A DNA stretch of 32,000 bases from Candidatus Electronema aureum. GTDB lineage: Bacteria; Desulfobacterota; Desulfobulbia; Desulfobulbales; Desulfobulbaceae. The stretch lies in NCBI GenBank assembly GCA_004284765.1, contig NQJD01000009.1, positions 42,625-74,624 of the forward strand, given 5' to 3'. How positions within the stretch are numbered: position 1 is the stretch's first letter; each line of letters begins with the position of its first letter. The position numbers were made by a program, and so were the translations under genes. Under the pieces are notes generated by a model, which searched no databases, was not told where the DNA came from, and saw only the letters and a list, made by a program, of their open reading frames with translations. Of this stretch, positions 1 through 7,813 are shown piece after piece.

Positions 1-216
1 CGGCGCAGCTAAGGGGCCGCCTGCTTTATGCAGAGCTTCCGTCAAAGCGTGTTGCGCGGCCTGAAGAGCTTCCACCGCGCTGCGCAAAAGGGCGGTTGTT
101 TCTGGTGATTCGGCAGCCAACTTGTCTGCCCATTGCAGGAATTCTGTGCTATGACCTTGATTATGCTCAAGCCAATGCGGCAGTAGCACCCGTACTTTGT
201 CCAGATTATTCATCAT
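1..216 (-). CDS. hypothetical small helical protein, N-terminal part only (gene runs off left edge)
   Basis: Hand translation of the minus strand from ATGATG at 216/213 to nt 1 gives 72 codons with no stop (MMNNLDKVRVLLPHWLEHNQGHSTEFLQWADKLAAESPETTALL...). A GGAGCA SD-like motif (tgctcc 218-223 on + strand) precedes it. It starts 9 nt after the stop of the CooT-like gene. It is absent from the ORF track because it is truncated. No family recognised. Confidence 0.4.
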   Translation of the reverse strand, partial: MMNNLDKVRVLLPHWLEHNQGHSTEFLQWADKLAAESPETTALLRSAVEALQAAQHALTEALHKAGGPLAAP

Positions 217-224
217 TTGCTCCT

Positions 225-428
225 TCATGTTGTTTTTTCTTCGCTGATGAGCAGAATCGCACCGGTCAGCAGGCTGATGCTTCTGACCCGCACCCCCCGC
301 ACTGTCATCGGTTCCTCAAAAAAGGTGCTGAGAATCACACCATCCTCAGTCACTTCCACGCCAGTGACCGATTCCATCAAGGTTTCGCAGCGATCTCCTC
401 GCTCAAGCACTGCCTTTAGTTGGCACAT
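225..428 (-). CDS. cooT: CooT-family putative nickel-binding protein (67 aa)
   Basis: Internal ATG at 428 of track ORF 225..515, preceded by AAGGAGGG. The product MCQLKAVLERGDRCETLMESVTGVEVTEDGVILSTFFEEPMTVRGVRVRSISLLTGAILLISEE begins Met-Cys. It follows the pattern of R. rubrum CooT as I recall it (MC..kvvL...; ..F.ee; ..L.sG.I.LIEE). Confidence 0.6.
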   Translation of the reverse strand: MCQLKAVLERGDRCETLMESVTGVEVTEDGVILSTFFEEPMTVRGVRVRSISLLTGAILLISEEKTT

Positions 429-438
429 TTTTCCCTCC

Positions 439-1431
439 TTAAATAAGAAAACGGAACTCGCCCTTGCCGAGTAGATCGTGCAAATGCAGCAAACCTTGCA
501 CCTTGCCCGCCGCATCAGTCACTGCGAGTACAGTGATATCCTTTTCCTGCATCAGGCTGAGGGCATCAGCAGCCATGAGTTCTGGAGTGATCTTGACCGG
601 GCTGGTGGTCATAACCTCAGCGAGATTCATGCAATTCTTTCGCCCTGGTTCGGTCAGCAATTGGCTGCGGATCAGGCAGCGACGGAGATCACCGTCCGTG
701 ATGATGCCACGCAGCTCACGATCAGCAGCTACGACCAGCACTGCACCAAGGTTTTTGCAGTTCAACTCGGTAATTGCCGCGTCAAGATTAGCTTCTTCGC
801 TGACCATCGGCACCTGTTCACCAATGAGCATGACCTCGCGCACAGCCACCTTGAGGCGTTCGCCCAAACTGCCGCCGGGATGATTGCGCCGGAAATCCTC
901 CGCCTTGAAGCGGTGCCGCTGGAGCAGGGCCACAGCCAGGGCATCGCCGAGGGCCAAGGTAGCGGTCGTGGAGGTGGTCGGAGCCAAGCCCAGTGGACAG
1001 GCTTCCTTGGGGATTGCGATATTCAGTACCACCGCCGCCTGTTCTGCCAGCGAGGAGCGAGGATTGCCGGTCATGGCGATCACTGGCACGGTACGTTCTT
1101 TCAGACTGGCTAAGAGGCGGTTCAGCTCCGCTGTTTCGCCAGAATAAGAAATCGCCAACACCACGTCTGTTGGGCTGACCATCCCAAGATCGCCGTGCAT
1201 CGCCTCGACCGGATGGAGAAAAAACGATGGTGTACCAGTGGAATTAAAGGTAGCCGCCATCTTTTGGCCGACCAGCCCAGACTTGCCAATGCCAGTGATG
1301 ATCAGACGGTTCGGCGGGCAAGCCATGATCAGGTCAACCGCTTGGACAAATTCCTGCCCCAGCGCGTCCCGCACGGCATGAATGCCCTCAGCCTCAATGG
1401 TCAACACCTCGCGGGCTTGCTCAACGGTCAT
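439..1431 (-). CDS. kdsD: arabinose-5-phosphate isomerase (KpsF/GutQ/KdsD family; SIS domain plus tandem CBS domains)
   Basis: 330 aa. SIS motif region LIITGIGKSGLVGQKMAATFNSTGTPSFFLHPVEAMHGDLGM, and a C-terminal CBS pair (..GAVLVVAADRELRGIITDGDLRR.. and ..ITVLAVTDAAGKVQGLLHLHDLL). The ATGA overlaps the upstream gene stop. Confidence 0.9.
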   Translation of the reverse strand: MTVEQAREVLTIEAEGIHAVRDALGQEFVQAVDLIMACPPNRLIITGIGKSGLVGQKMAATFNSTGTPSFFLHPVEAMHGDLGMVSPTDVVLAISYSGETAELNRLLASLKERTVPVIAMTGNPRSSLAEQAAVVLNIAIPKEACPLGLAPTTSTTATLALGDALAVALLQRHRFKAEDFRRNHPGGSLGERLKVAVREVMLIGEQVPMVSEEANLDAAITELNCKNLGAVLVVAADRELRGIITDGDLRRCLIRSQLLTEPGRKNCMNLAEVMTTSPVKITPELMAADALSLMQEKDITVLAVTDAAGKVQGLLHLHDLLGKGEFRFLI

Positions 1432-2447
1432 ACCTTTTCTCCTGTCAAATCAACGACAATTCGCCCGCGTATCTGGCCTGCCAGCATTGCATCAACTGCT
1501 TCGCTGACCTGATCGAGATCAATGCGGACGCTCAGTTGCTTGAGCGTATCCGGCAAAGCGGTCCGCCACGGCCCGGCCAATTTTGCCCAAATTTCTTCCC
1601 GGCGAGAGAGCGGGCATTCAGCGGAATCAATCCCGACCAAGCTAACCCCACGCAGAATGAAGGGGTAAACGGTCAGAGGTAGCTCGCCAGAGGCCGCGTT
1701 ACCGCAGCAAGTGACGATGCCGCCGTATTGCGTGGTTTTGATTGCACCAGCCAAGATTTCGCCGCCCACCGTGTCAACCACACCTGCCCAGCGTTCGCGG
1801 AGCAAAGCCGCGCTGGCCCGGCCTATGGCCTGTTGGCGATTCAGCACCGCCGTGCAGCCGAGCTGACGGAGGAAGTCGTGCTCGCTTTCCTTGCCGGTGA
1901 CAGCGGTGACAGCAAAGCCGAGCTTGGCCAGCAGGGCACAGGCCAGCGAGCCGACCCCGCCGGTCGCGCCAGTAACCAGCACCGGCCCTTGCTCAGGCCG
2001 CAGGCCAAGGGCCAGCAGCTTGTCCACGCACTGGGCGGCGGTGAAGCCTGCGGTGCCGATCTGCATAGCTTCGTACAGCGAGAGCGGCTCCGGCTTGGGC
2101 AGCACCCATCCTGCCGGAACGCGGATGTATTCGCCAAAACCGCCGGGCGTGTTCATTCCAAGATCATAGCACATGCAGACGACTTCGTCGCCCTCGGTAA
2201 ACTGCGGCACGGTCGAGGCCGCCACTACGCCTACTGCGTCAATGCCCGGCGTGTGTGGATATTTCTTGGTTACACCTCGGTTGCCGCTGGCGGAAAGGGC
2301 ATCTTTGTAATTGAGCGAGGAAAAATGCACCCGAATCAGCACGTCGCCGGGTGGCAGATCGGCAATGCGGCGTTCTTCAACGGCCCGTTGAAAGCTGCCG
2401 CCCTCTTCCCGCACGACTAAGGCGCGGAAGGTTGTTGTTTTGTTCAT
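1428..2447 (-). CDS. yhdH: YhdH/AcuI-type NADPH:quinone / acrylyl-CoA reductase (MDR superfamily)
   Basis: 339 aa. N-terminus ..LIRVHFSSLNYKDALSASGNRGVTKKYPHTPGIDAVGVV.. and the Rossmann motif VLVTGATGGVGSLA are typical of the YhdH/QorB subgroup. Confidence 0.8.
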   Translation of the reverse strand: MNKTTTFRALVVREEGGSFQRAVEERRIADLPPGDVLIRVHFSSLNYKDALSASGNRGVTKKYPHTPGIDAVGVVAASTVPQFTEGDEVVCMCYDLGMNTPGGFGEYIRVPAGWVLPKPEPLSLYEAMQIGTAGFTAAQCVDKLLALGLRPEQGPVLVTGATGGVGSLACALLAKLGFAVTAVTGKESEHDFLRQLGCTAVLNRQQAIGRASAALLRERWAGVVDTVGGEILAGAIKTTQYGGIVTCCGNAASGELPLTVYPFILRGVSLVGIDSAECPLSRREEIWAKLAGPWRTALPDTLKQLSVRIDLDQVSEAVDAMLAGQIRGRIVVDLTGEKV

Positions 2448-2465
2448 GAAGTTAAATGATATTCA

Positions 2466-3767
2466 CTATGGCGTATTTGTGCATAACGGTATCTCCTTCA
2501 AAAGGAGATTGTGATTTTCTTCTACCTTGTAATCATAGTTAATTTTAAAAAAATCTATTTCTTTTTCTCTTTTTTCATACGAAGAAAGGATGTTGTAAAT
2601 ATTATTGGCGGTCGTGGAGTAGTTATGGCCGCTATATTCCATAGAGATTCTTTTGTAAATATTTTTTACCTTTTCAAATAGATGCCTTTTATCACTATCT
2701 TTCTCGTAACATTGAAGTAGATACATATTTAACCCAGCTATGCTGATCTGGGCTTCAGGGATAAAAGAACTTTTTGGAAACTTTTTTATAAAAGATTCGT
2801 AACGACCTATTTGTTCATCAACAGACTCTATGCTGCACTCATATTCGTATGGAATATGTAGATAAACATCAGCAAGAGCTTTCTGATCATCGCTTGCGTT
2901 TTTATTGTTAATAACTTTACGGTAAGGCTTTGCTACTTCTTCCATCTGTGCACACTCACCAGTACACTCTTGGTCAACTTTATCAACGGAAGTGGAATTG
3001 ATCGCTGATGTCGCTGACTGCGTCTTCTCGATTTTTTGTTTTTGATTTGCTGCGTCAGCAGTTACAACTTTGTTTTCTTTGGTTACAGAAATAGGATTAT
3101 TCTCCTTTTTAGGAATATAAGCATCCTGTTGAGTTGCAATTTGATTATCCTTCTTAACCTCAGCAGGATAGAACTTGTAATAGAAGAAAACAAAGGTTGC
3201 GACAATGACAAAAGATGTAATTACAATTTTATTTTTGCTGATAAAAATTTTATTGTCTTTATCGGTTTTATTTTCTATACGCTCAAAGTTTATATTTGCT
3301 TTAAAGTCAGATTCAGTTTTTTCTAAATTTTTTACTTTTTTAATTGAATCGCATTGAGTAATTCCTATCGCTTTGATTAAACGCTGATATCCATTCGCTT
3401 CATATAAATTCATCCAGTGCCAGCGACTAAGACGAGCTGGAACCTCGCAATCTTCAAGGCGGACAGGAATAATAAATATTTTTCCTTCCGGTTGTTCTTC
3501 AGCAGCATCAAGTGCAAAACAGATTTCTTTCTGAACGTATCCGCGTTTGTTGACTGAATTTCTGGAAAGACAAACAATCACTATAGCGGAAGAGCGAACA
3601 GCTTTACGAATTTCATACTGCCAGTCTTGCCCAGGCAAGAGGTCTTCTTCATCGAGCCAAGGATAATAACCATCCTTTTTTAACCGATGATATAGTTCCC
3701 TGACTTTTGCTTTGTCAGCCGAAGAATGGCAGAGAAATATGCGAGAAGAAGGTGATGTCATAGCCAA
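2466..3767 (-). CDS. TIR-domain protein with a single TM helix and a C-terminal TPR/BamD-YbgF-like domain
   Basis: 433 aa. Residues ~8-135 read as a TIR_2-type domain (IFLCHSSADKAKVRELYHRLKKDGYYPWLDEEDLLPGQDWQYEIRKAVRSSAIVIVCLSRNSVNKRGYVQKEICFAL...IIPVRLEDCEVP). The hydrophobic stretch IVITSFVIVATFVFFYYKFY is residues 181-200 (nt 3168-3227). The C-terminal ~230 aa include FIKKFPKSSFIPEAQISIAGLNMYL. The start is TTG at 3767, or ATG at 3761. Composition is strongly AT-rich. Confidence 0.75.
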   Translation of the reverse strand: MAMTSPSSRIFLCHSSADKAKVRELYHRLKKDGYYPWLDEEDLLPGQDWQYEIRKAVRSSAIVIVCLSRNSVNKRGYVQKEICFALDAAEEQPEGKIFIIPVRLEDCEVPARLSRWHWMNLYEANGYQRLIKAIGITQCDSIKKVKNLEKTESDFKANINFERIENKTDKDNKIFISKNKIVITSFVIVATFVFFYYKFYPAEVKKDNQIATQQDAYIPKKENNPISVTKENKVVTADAANQKQKIEKTQSATSAINSTSVDKVDQECTGECAQMEEVAKPYRKVINNKNASDDQKALADVYLHIPYEYECSIESVDEQIGRYESFIKKFPKSSFIPEAQISIAGLNMYLLQCYEKDSDKRHLFEKVKNIYKRISMEYSGHNYSTTANNIYNILSSYEKREKEIDFFKINYDYKVEENHNLLLKEIPLCTNTP

Positions 3768-3780
3768 TGCAATAAGTTAT

Positions 3781-4539
3781 TCAATTCAATGTAGTATTGA
3801 TATCCTCTGCCCTAATCGGACTCACATCCCCAGCCATCACCCGCTGTTCCCTACCGCAGCGGTCAATTATAACATATCGCCCGTCCTCGGCAAGTCCTGC
3901 GCCGACCGCTGGGATCACTTTGTCCTGACTGCAATATTCCAGCGGCCTGTTGAGCAAATAATCTCGCTGCCGCCATTCGGCCAGCAAGTCGGCCTTGTCC
4001 TCCTTGAGTCGCTCTGTCGCCGCAAGCAGATCCTCAACTAAACCCGGCAGCAGGGCGGCAGGATTGGCCGCTGCCGCGCCAGTCTCGGCCAAAGCGATGA
4101 TCCTGCCGCGCAGCTCCGGCGGAAAGCCCTGCGACAAGGCGGCAACGTTGATACCCACCCCGACCACCACAAATTCCGGCAGCCCAGCCCGCAGCGGCCC
4201 GCTTTCGGTGAGAATGCCGCCGAGCTTTTTGTCGGCAAAATACAGATCATTGGGCCATTTGAGCAGCGGCTGCACACTGACCGCAGCCATAAGGCCACGG
4301 CACAGCCCGACCCCGGCGGCCAAAGTCAACAGCGGGAAATCGACAAGCTCCAGCTCCGGGCGCAGAATCACGGAAAAATACAAACCGCCGGGCGGCGAGC
4401 AAAACTGCCGCCCGTTCTGCCCGCGTCCGCCGGTCTGTTGATCAGCGTGAACCACCGTACCCTGCGCCGCACCCTGCCGGGCTAAATCAAGGGCTATGCT
4501 GCTGGTCGAATCAACAACCGCAAAATGATGCAGTTGCAT
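3781..4539 (-). CDS. birA: biotin--[acetyl-CoA-carboxylase] ligase (class I, no N-terminal HTH)
   Basis: 252 aa. It carries the BirA signature QQTGGRGQNGRQFCSPPGGLYFS and KWPNDLYFADKKLGGIL. Its ATG shares one nt with the dnaN stop (TGATG). Confidence 0.9.
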   Translation of the reverse strand: MQLHHFAVVDSTSSIALDLARQGAAQGTVVHADQQTGGRGQNGRQFCSPPGGLYFSVILRPELELVDFPLLTLAAGVGLCRGLMAAVSVQPLLKWPNDLYFADKKLGGILTESGPLRAGLPEFVVVGVGINVAALSQGFPPELRGRIIALAETGAAAANPAALLPGLVEDLLAATERLKEDKADLLAEWRQRDYLLNRPLEYCSQDKVIPAVGAGLAEDGRYVIIDRCGREQRVMAGDVSPIRAEDINTTLN

Positions 4540-5687
4540 CAGGCGATGGACGGCGGGCTGCTCAATTTCATCGGCATGACGATGCCGAGAAAACCTTTGT
4601 CATCCGCCGAGCTGATCAGGCAAGGGCTTTCGTCTGAGCTGACTGCGGCAGAAATGGCATCGCCTTCCAGCACCGAAAGTGCCTCAATGAAATAGCGACA
4701 ATTGAAACCCATGCAGAGATCATGACCGCTGTAAGTGATTTCAATCTCATCTCTTGCTGAACCAAAATCCGCATTTTCTGAAGTCAGAATAAGCCTATTG
4801 CCTTGCGCTTCAAAGCGGATGGCATGAAAAATATCCTCGGTGAAAAGATTAATCCGCTTCAGCGATTCAAGAAACATGATCTTGTTAATGATCATGCTAT
4901 TGTCACTCGACAGCGAGCGGAGGATATTCTCAAAATCGGGAAAATCTCCTTCCATCAGACGGATGACCAAAACCGAGTTCTCGCTTTGCAGCACTAATTT
5001 CTTCTGATCAACTCCTATTCGGCAGTTATCTAATTCTTCGCAGAACTTGCGCATTTGCTGCACACCCCGGCGAGGAATCAGGACTGATTGACCAAAATCC
5101 AGTCCGGCCAAACCCGCTGCTTCTCGGTTCATAATGCTCAGGCGGTGGCCGTCGGACGTAACCATCCGCAGCACGGTCTTGCCTTCCTCCTCGCGCTTTT
5201 GCAGCAGGGCAGCAGTGAGGTTGTACATGTTCTCGCGGTCAGCAGCGATGGAGAACAAGGTTTTGTCGATCAGGTCGCAGAGCGCGTCGCTTTCCACATC
5301 GACCAAAGCCTGCTCGTCGTATTGGTCAAACTGGGGGAACTCCTCGCTCACCATGCCAGCTAACCGATAGGTGCTGCTGCCCGCACTGATGCGAATCCAA
5401 TTCTTCTCCTCTTCTTTGAAATTGATCGTCTCTGAGCCAGATTCGCGAACCAACTCAAAGAGCTTTTTTGAAGGAATGGTCAGGGTTCCGCCTTCAAAAA
5501 CCTCGGCAGGTACGATCTGACGCAGACTGACCTCCAAGTCGGTACCAGTGAAAATCACCTCGTTGTTCCGCACTTCCAGCAGCACGTTGGAGAGAATCGC
5601 CAGTGTGCCCTTCTTGTTCGTGATGTTTTGCTGGGCACTGATCGCGTCCAAGAGGTCTTTCTTGGCGATGTTAAAATGGAACGGCAT
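4539..5687 (-). CDS. dnaN: DNA polymerase III beta sliding clamp
   Basis: 382 aa. Typical DnaN N-terminus (F.I.K..LL.AI...QNI..KKGTLAILSNVLLEV) and C-terminus (..SSADDKGFLGIVMPMKL). AGGAG SD at 5696-5700. Confidence 0.95.
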   Translation of the reverse strand: MPFHFNIAKKDLLDAISAQQNITNKKGTLAILSNVLLEVRNNEVIFTGTDLEVSLRQIVPAEVFEGGTLTIPSKKLFELVRESGSETINFKEEEKNWIRISAGSSTYRLAGMVSEEFPQFDQYDEQALVDVESDALCDLIDKTLFSIAADRENMYNLTAALLQKREEEGKTVLRMVTSDGHRLSIMNREAAGLAGLDFGQSVLIPRRGVQQMRKFCEELDNCRIGVDQKKLVLQSENSVLVIRLMEGDFPDFENILRSLSSDNSMIINKIMFLESLKRINLFTEDIFHAIRFEAQGNRLILTSENADFGSARDEIEITYSGHDLCMGFNCRYFIEALSVLEGDAISAAVSSDESPCLISSADDKGFLGIVMPMKLSSPPSIA

Positions 5688-5697
5688 AATAAGTACT

Positions 5698-5890
5698 CCT
5701 TTTATATATAAAAGACTTGTTGATATTGGGGCTGTTGATTTGTTGATAACAGACGCAACAAGCTGGTATCAAACGAATTGCCCTGTTGATAACTTGGTAG
5801 TTCTTTGTTAATAAGATCAGCCTTGCCTTGGTTCCTAACAGGGTTGCTAACACGTTATCAACAAGTTGTTAACAAGTTATTAACAAGCAA
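5698..5890. promoter_or_regulatory. cluster of DnaA-box-like 9-mers plus AT-rich tract; candidate oriC or DnaA-controlled dnaN promoter
   Basis: TGTTGATAA (reverse complement TTATCAACA, 1 mismatch to TTATCCACA) occurs at 5741-5749 and 5784-5792, and TTATCAACA at 5855-5863. Weaker variants are at 5718-5726, 5733-5741 and 5877-5885. Three contiguous 11-mers follow: TTATCAACAAG, TTGTTAACAAG and TTATTAACAAG (5855-5887). The AT-rich tract ttttatatataaaag is at 5700-5714. Confidence 0.5.
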
Positions 5891-6029
5891 ACAGGCACGG
5901 GCCAGAGAAGAGGAAATATACCAAGTTGCCGCCTTGGTGACGATCTTTTATTTCAGCCAAGAGCCGCTGTCAGTTGCAATTTTGCCCAAATTGAGGTAAC
6001 TCTGCTTGAAATTCAACCGTCGGAACGCC

Positions 6030-7682
6030 ATGCTCCACCTGATCAGCATCAACTGCCGCTACTCCCACTCTTGCCTTGCTCAATTCTGCGTCCGCGCCGA
6101 ACTGGAACGCTACTTACCAGATGAGCAAGTTCTTCTCAGCCAATTCACCCTCAACGATCCGTATTACCCCACGCTGCTGCGGATTAGCGGCCAGCCAGCT
6201 AAGGCTTTGCTGTTCTCGGTCTATATCTGGAATCACGCTTACATCCGCCGCTTAGTTGTTGATATAGCCAAGCTACTGCCGGAGATGCCGATCATTCTTG
6301 GTGGCCCGCAGGCGCAGGCTTTAGCAGGGCTGCCGATGATACAATGCACCATTTTTACTGGAGAGATCGAAGGCGCAGGCGAAGAGTTTTTTCACGATCT
6401 TCAAGTCGGAACGTTGAAGCCTTTCTATCAGGCTGAACCCAGCCGCAGCTTTCCCTCTCCCTACCGGCAGAAGGATTTCCACACCCACCTAAAAAATCGG
6501 CAGATGTATTATGAGTCCTCGCGCGGCTGCCCTTTTACCTGTTCTTACTGCCTTTCTTCCATTTCCAAGGGCGTGCGTCATAAGCCGATAGAGCAGGTCA
6601 AAGAGGAGCTGGCGGGCCTGATTGCGGCTCATCCGATGATCATCAAGTTGGTTGACCGCACTTTTAACGACAGCCCGGAACGCGCCCTTGCCCTTTGGAA
6701 ATTTCTGCTCAAGGAAGCAGGCAACGTGCGCTTTCATTTTGAGATTGCACCTGATCGATTTACCGAGGAGCTGTTTGCGCTGCTGGCCCAAGTGCCTTGC
6801 GATCTCTTTCAGTTTGAGATTGGCATTCAAAGCTGTAACCAGCAAACCTTAGCGGCGGTTAAGCGGCGCATGAACGTGGAGCACGCTGAGGCGAATATCC
6901 GCCGCCTTGTCGCGTTCGACAGCATCCATATTCATGCTGATTTGATTCTCGGTCTACCCTTTGAGACAGCAGCGAGCTTTCTTGATTCCTTCAACCGGGT
7001 CTTCCGCTGCGCTCCCCATTACATTCAGCTCGGTCTGCTCAAAGTGCTGCCGGATACTGAGATGCAAGCGCGGGCCGCAGAATTTGGCTTGGTGTATTGC
7101 AGTGAGCCACCTTACGAGGTGCTGGCCACCCGTTGGTTAGAGCATGGGCAACTGAGTGAGCTGCACGAGTTCTGCGAATGTGTGGAGTCTTTCTACAACA
7201 GCCGCTTCTTCCGCTCCCTGTGGCCGTATCTCCTCCAGATCAACGAAGAGCCGAGCGGCTTTTTTCAGACGTTGCTTGGTTGCTGCCGTGCGCATAACTT
7301 CTTCCGCCTTGCCCACACCCAGGCCCTGATGAACAGCCTGTTAGTGGAGCTGGCCCAGCAGCGCGAAGACGGCCCGCTCTTGCTGGAGTTACTGCGCTAC
7401 GATTGGCTGCGCTGCGGTCAGCGTTTTTTGCCCGACAATTTGGCAAGCAGTTCGCAGTCGGAGCTACGCGACCGCCTCCGCCGTGAGCTGCCGCAAGAGA
7501 TAGAAGGGCTTTTCTCGACACGCTCACGGACAGAGTTTCTCAAGCATTCGGTTTTTTTGGAGCTATCCGAGCAAGCGATGGCACTACTGGTGTTAGGAAA
7601 GAGTCCGGCGGTGCTGGCGTTTCTGCCGGAGCAGAGCAGCGGAGTGATGAAGTTCAACCGGGCTGTGGTGGTGGAATGCTGA
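6030..7682 (+). CDS. B12-binding-domain radical SAM protein with DUF4080-type C-terminal region
   Basis: The N-terminus MLHLISINCRYSHSCLAQFC... is typical of the DUF4080 radical-SAM family. CxxxCxxC cluster motif SSRGCPFTCSYC. Long helical C-terminal extension. The track ORF begins at TTG 6006; ATG 6030 is preferred. Confidence 0.8.
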   Translation: MLHLISINCRYSHSCLAQFCVRAELERYLPDEQVLLSQFTLNDPYYPTLLRISGQPAKALLFSVYIWNHAYIRRLVVDIAKLLPEMPIILGGPQAQALAGLPMIQCTIFTGEIEGAGEEFFHDLQVGTLKPFYQAEPSRSFPSPYRQKDFHTHLKNRQMYYESSRGCPFTCSYCLSSISKGVRHKPIEQVKEELAGLIAAHPMIIKLVDRTFNDSPERALALWKFLLKEAGNVRFHFEIAPDRFTEELFALLAQVPCDLFQFEIGIQSCNQQTLAAVKRRMNVEHAEANIRRLVAFDSIHIHADLILGLPFETAASFLDSFNRVFRCAPHYIQLGLLKVLPDTEMQARAAEFGLVYCSEPPYEVLATRWLEHGQLSELHEFCECVESFYNSRFFRSLWPYLLQINEEPSGFFQTLLGCCRAHNFFRLAHTQALMNSLLVELAQQREDGPLLLELLRYDWLRCGQRFLPDNLASSSQSELRDRLRRELPQEIEGLFSTRSRTEFLKHSVFLELSEQAMALLVLGKSPAVLAFLPEQSSGVMKFNRAVVVEC

Positions 7683-7813
7683 AGAAATACGAATCTTGGG
7701 CAAGCACGGAGAGTCGCCTCTTGTCTTTTGCTCATTGTGGTGGTTAGCTACCATCACACGAGCCGGGGAGAGTAGTGGCGAAGCTGGGGAAAATAACAAA
7801 CAAGGAAAAACAA

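Noticed and set aside
96-474. Plus-strand ORFs 96..419 and 217..474
   Set aside because: The opposite strand gives a CooT-like protein with a strong SD, plus a stop-free partial ORF arranged as an operon with kdsD. The plus-strand products have no features.
478-2420. Plus-strand ORFs 478..1113 (211 aa) and 1728..2420 (230 aa)
   Set aside because: They are antisense shadows of kdsD and the yhdH-like gene. They have no recognisable motifs, while the minus-strand products match well-known families over their full length.
3036-3326. 96-aa plus-strand ORF inside the TIR gene
   Set aside because: It is antisense to the TIR-protein frame in extremely AT-rich DNA. The product is Phe/Ile/Leu/Asn-rich nonsense with no start context.
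5805-5999. 64-aa ORF in the dnaN upstream region
   Set aside because: It runs through the DnaA-box/11-mer repeats, has no SD, and its sequence simply reflects the repeat (..VVNKLLTSKQ..). It is treated as non-coding.
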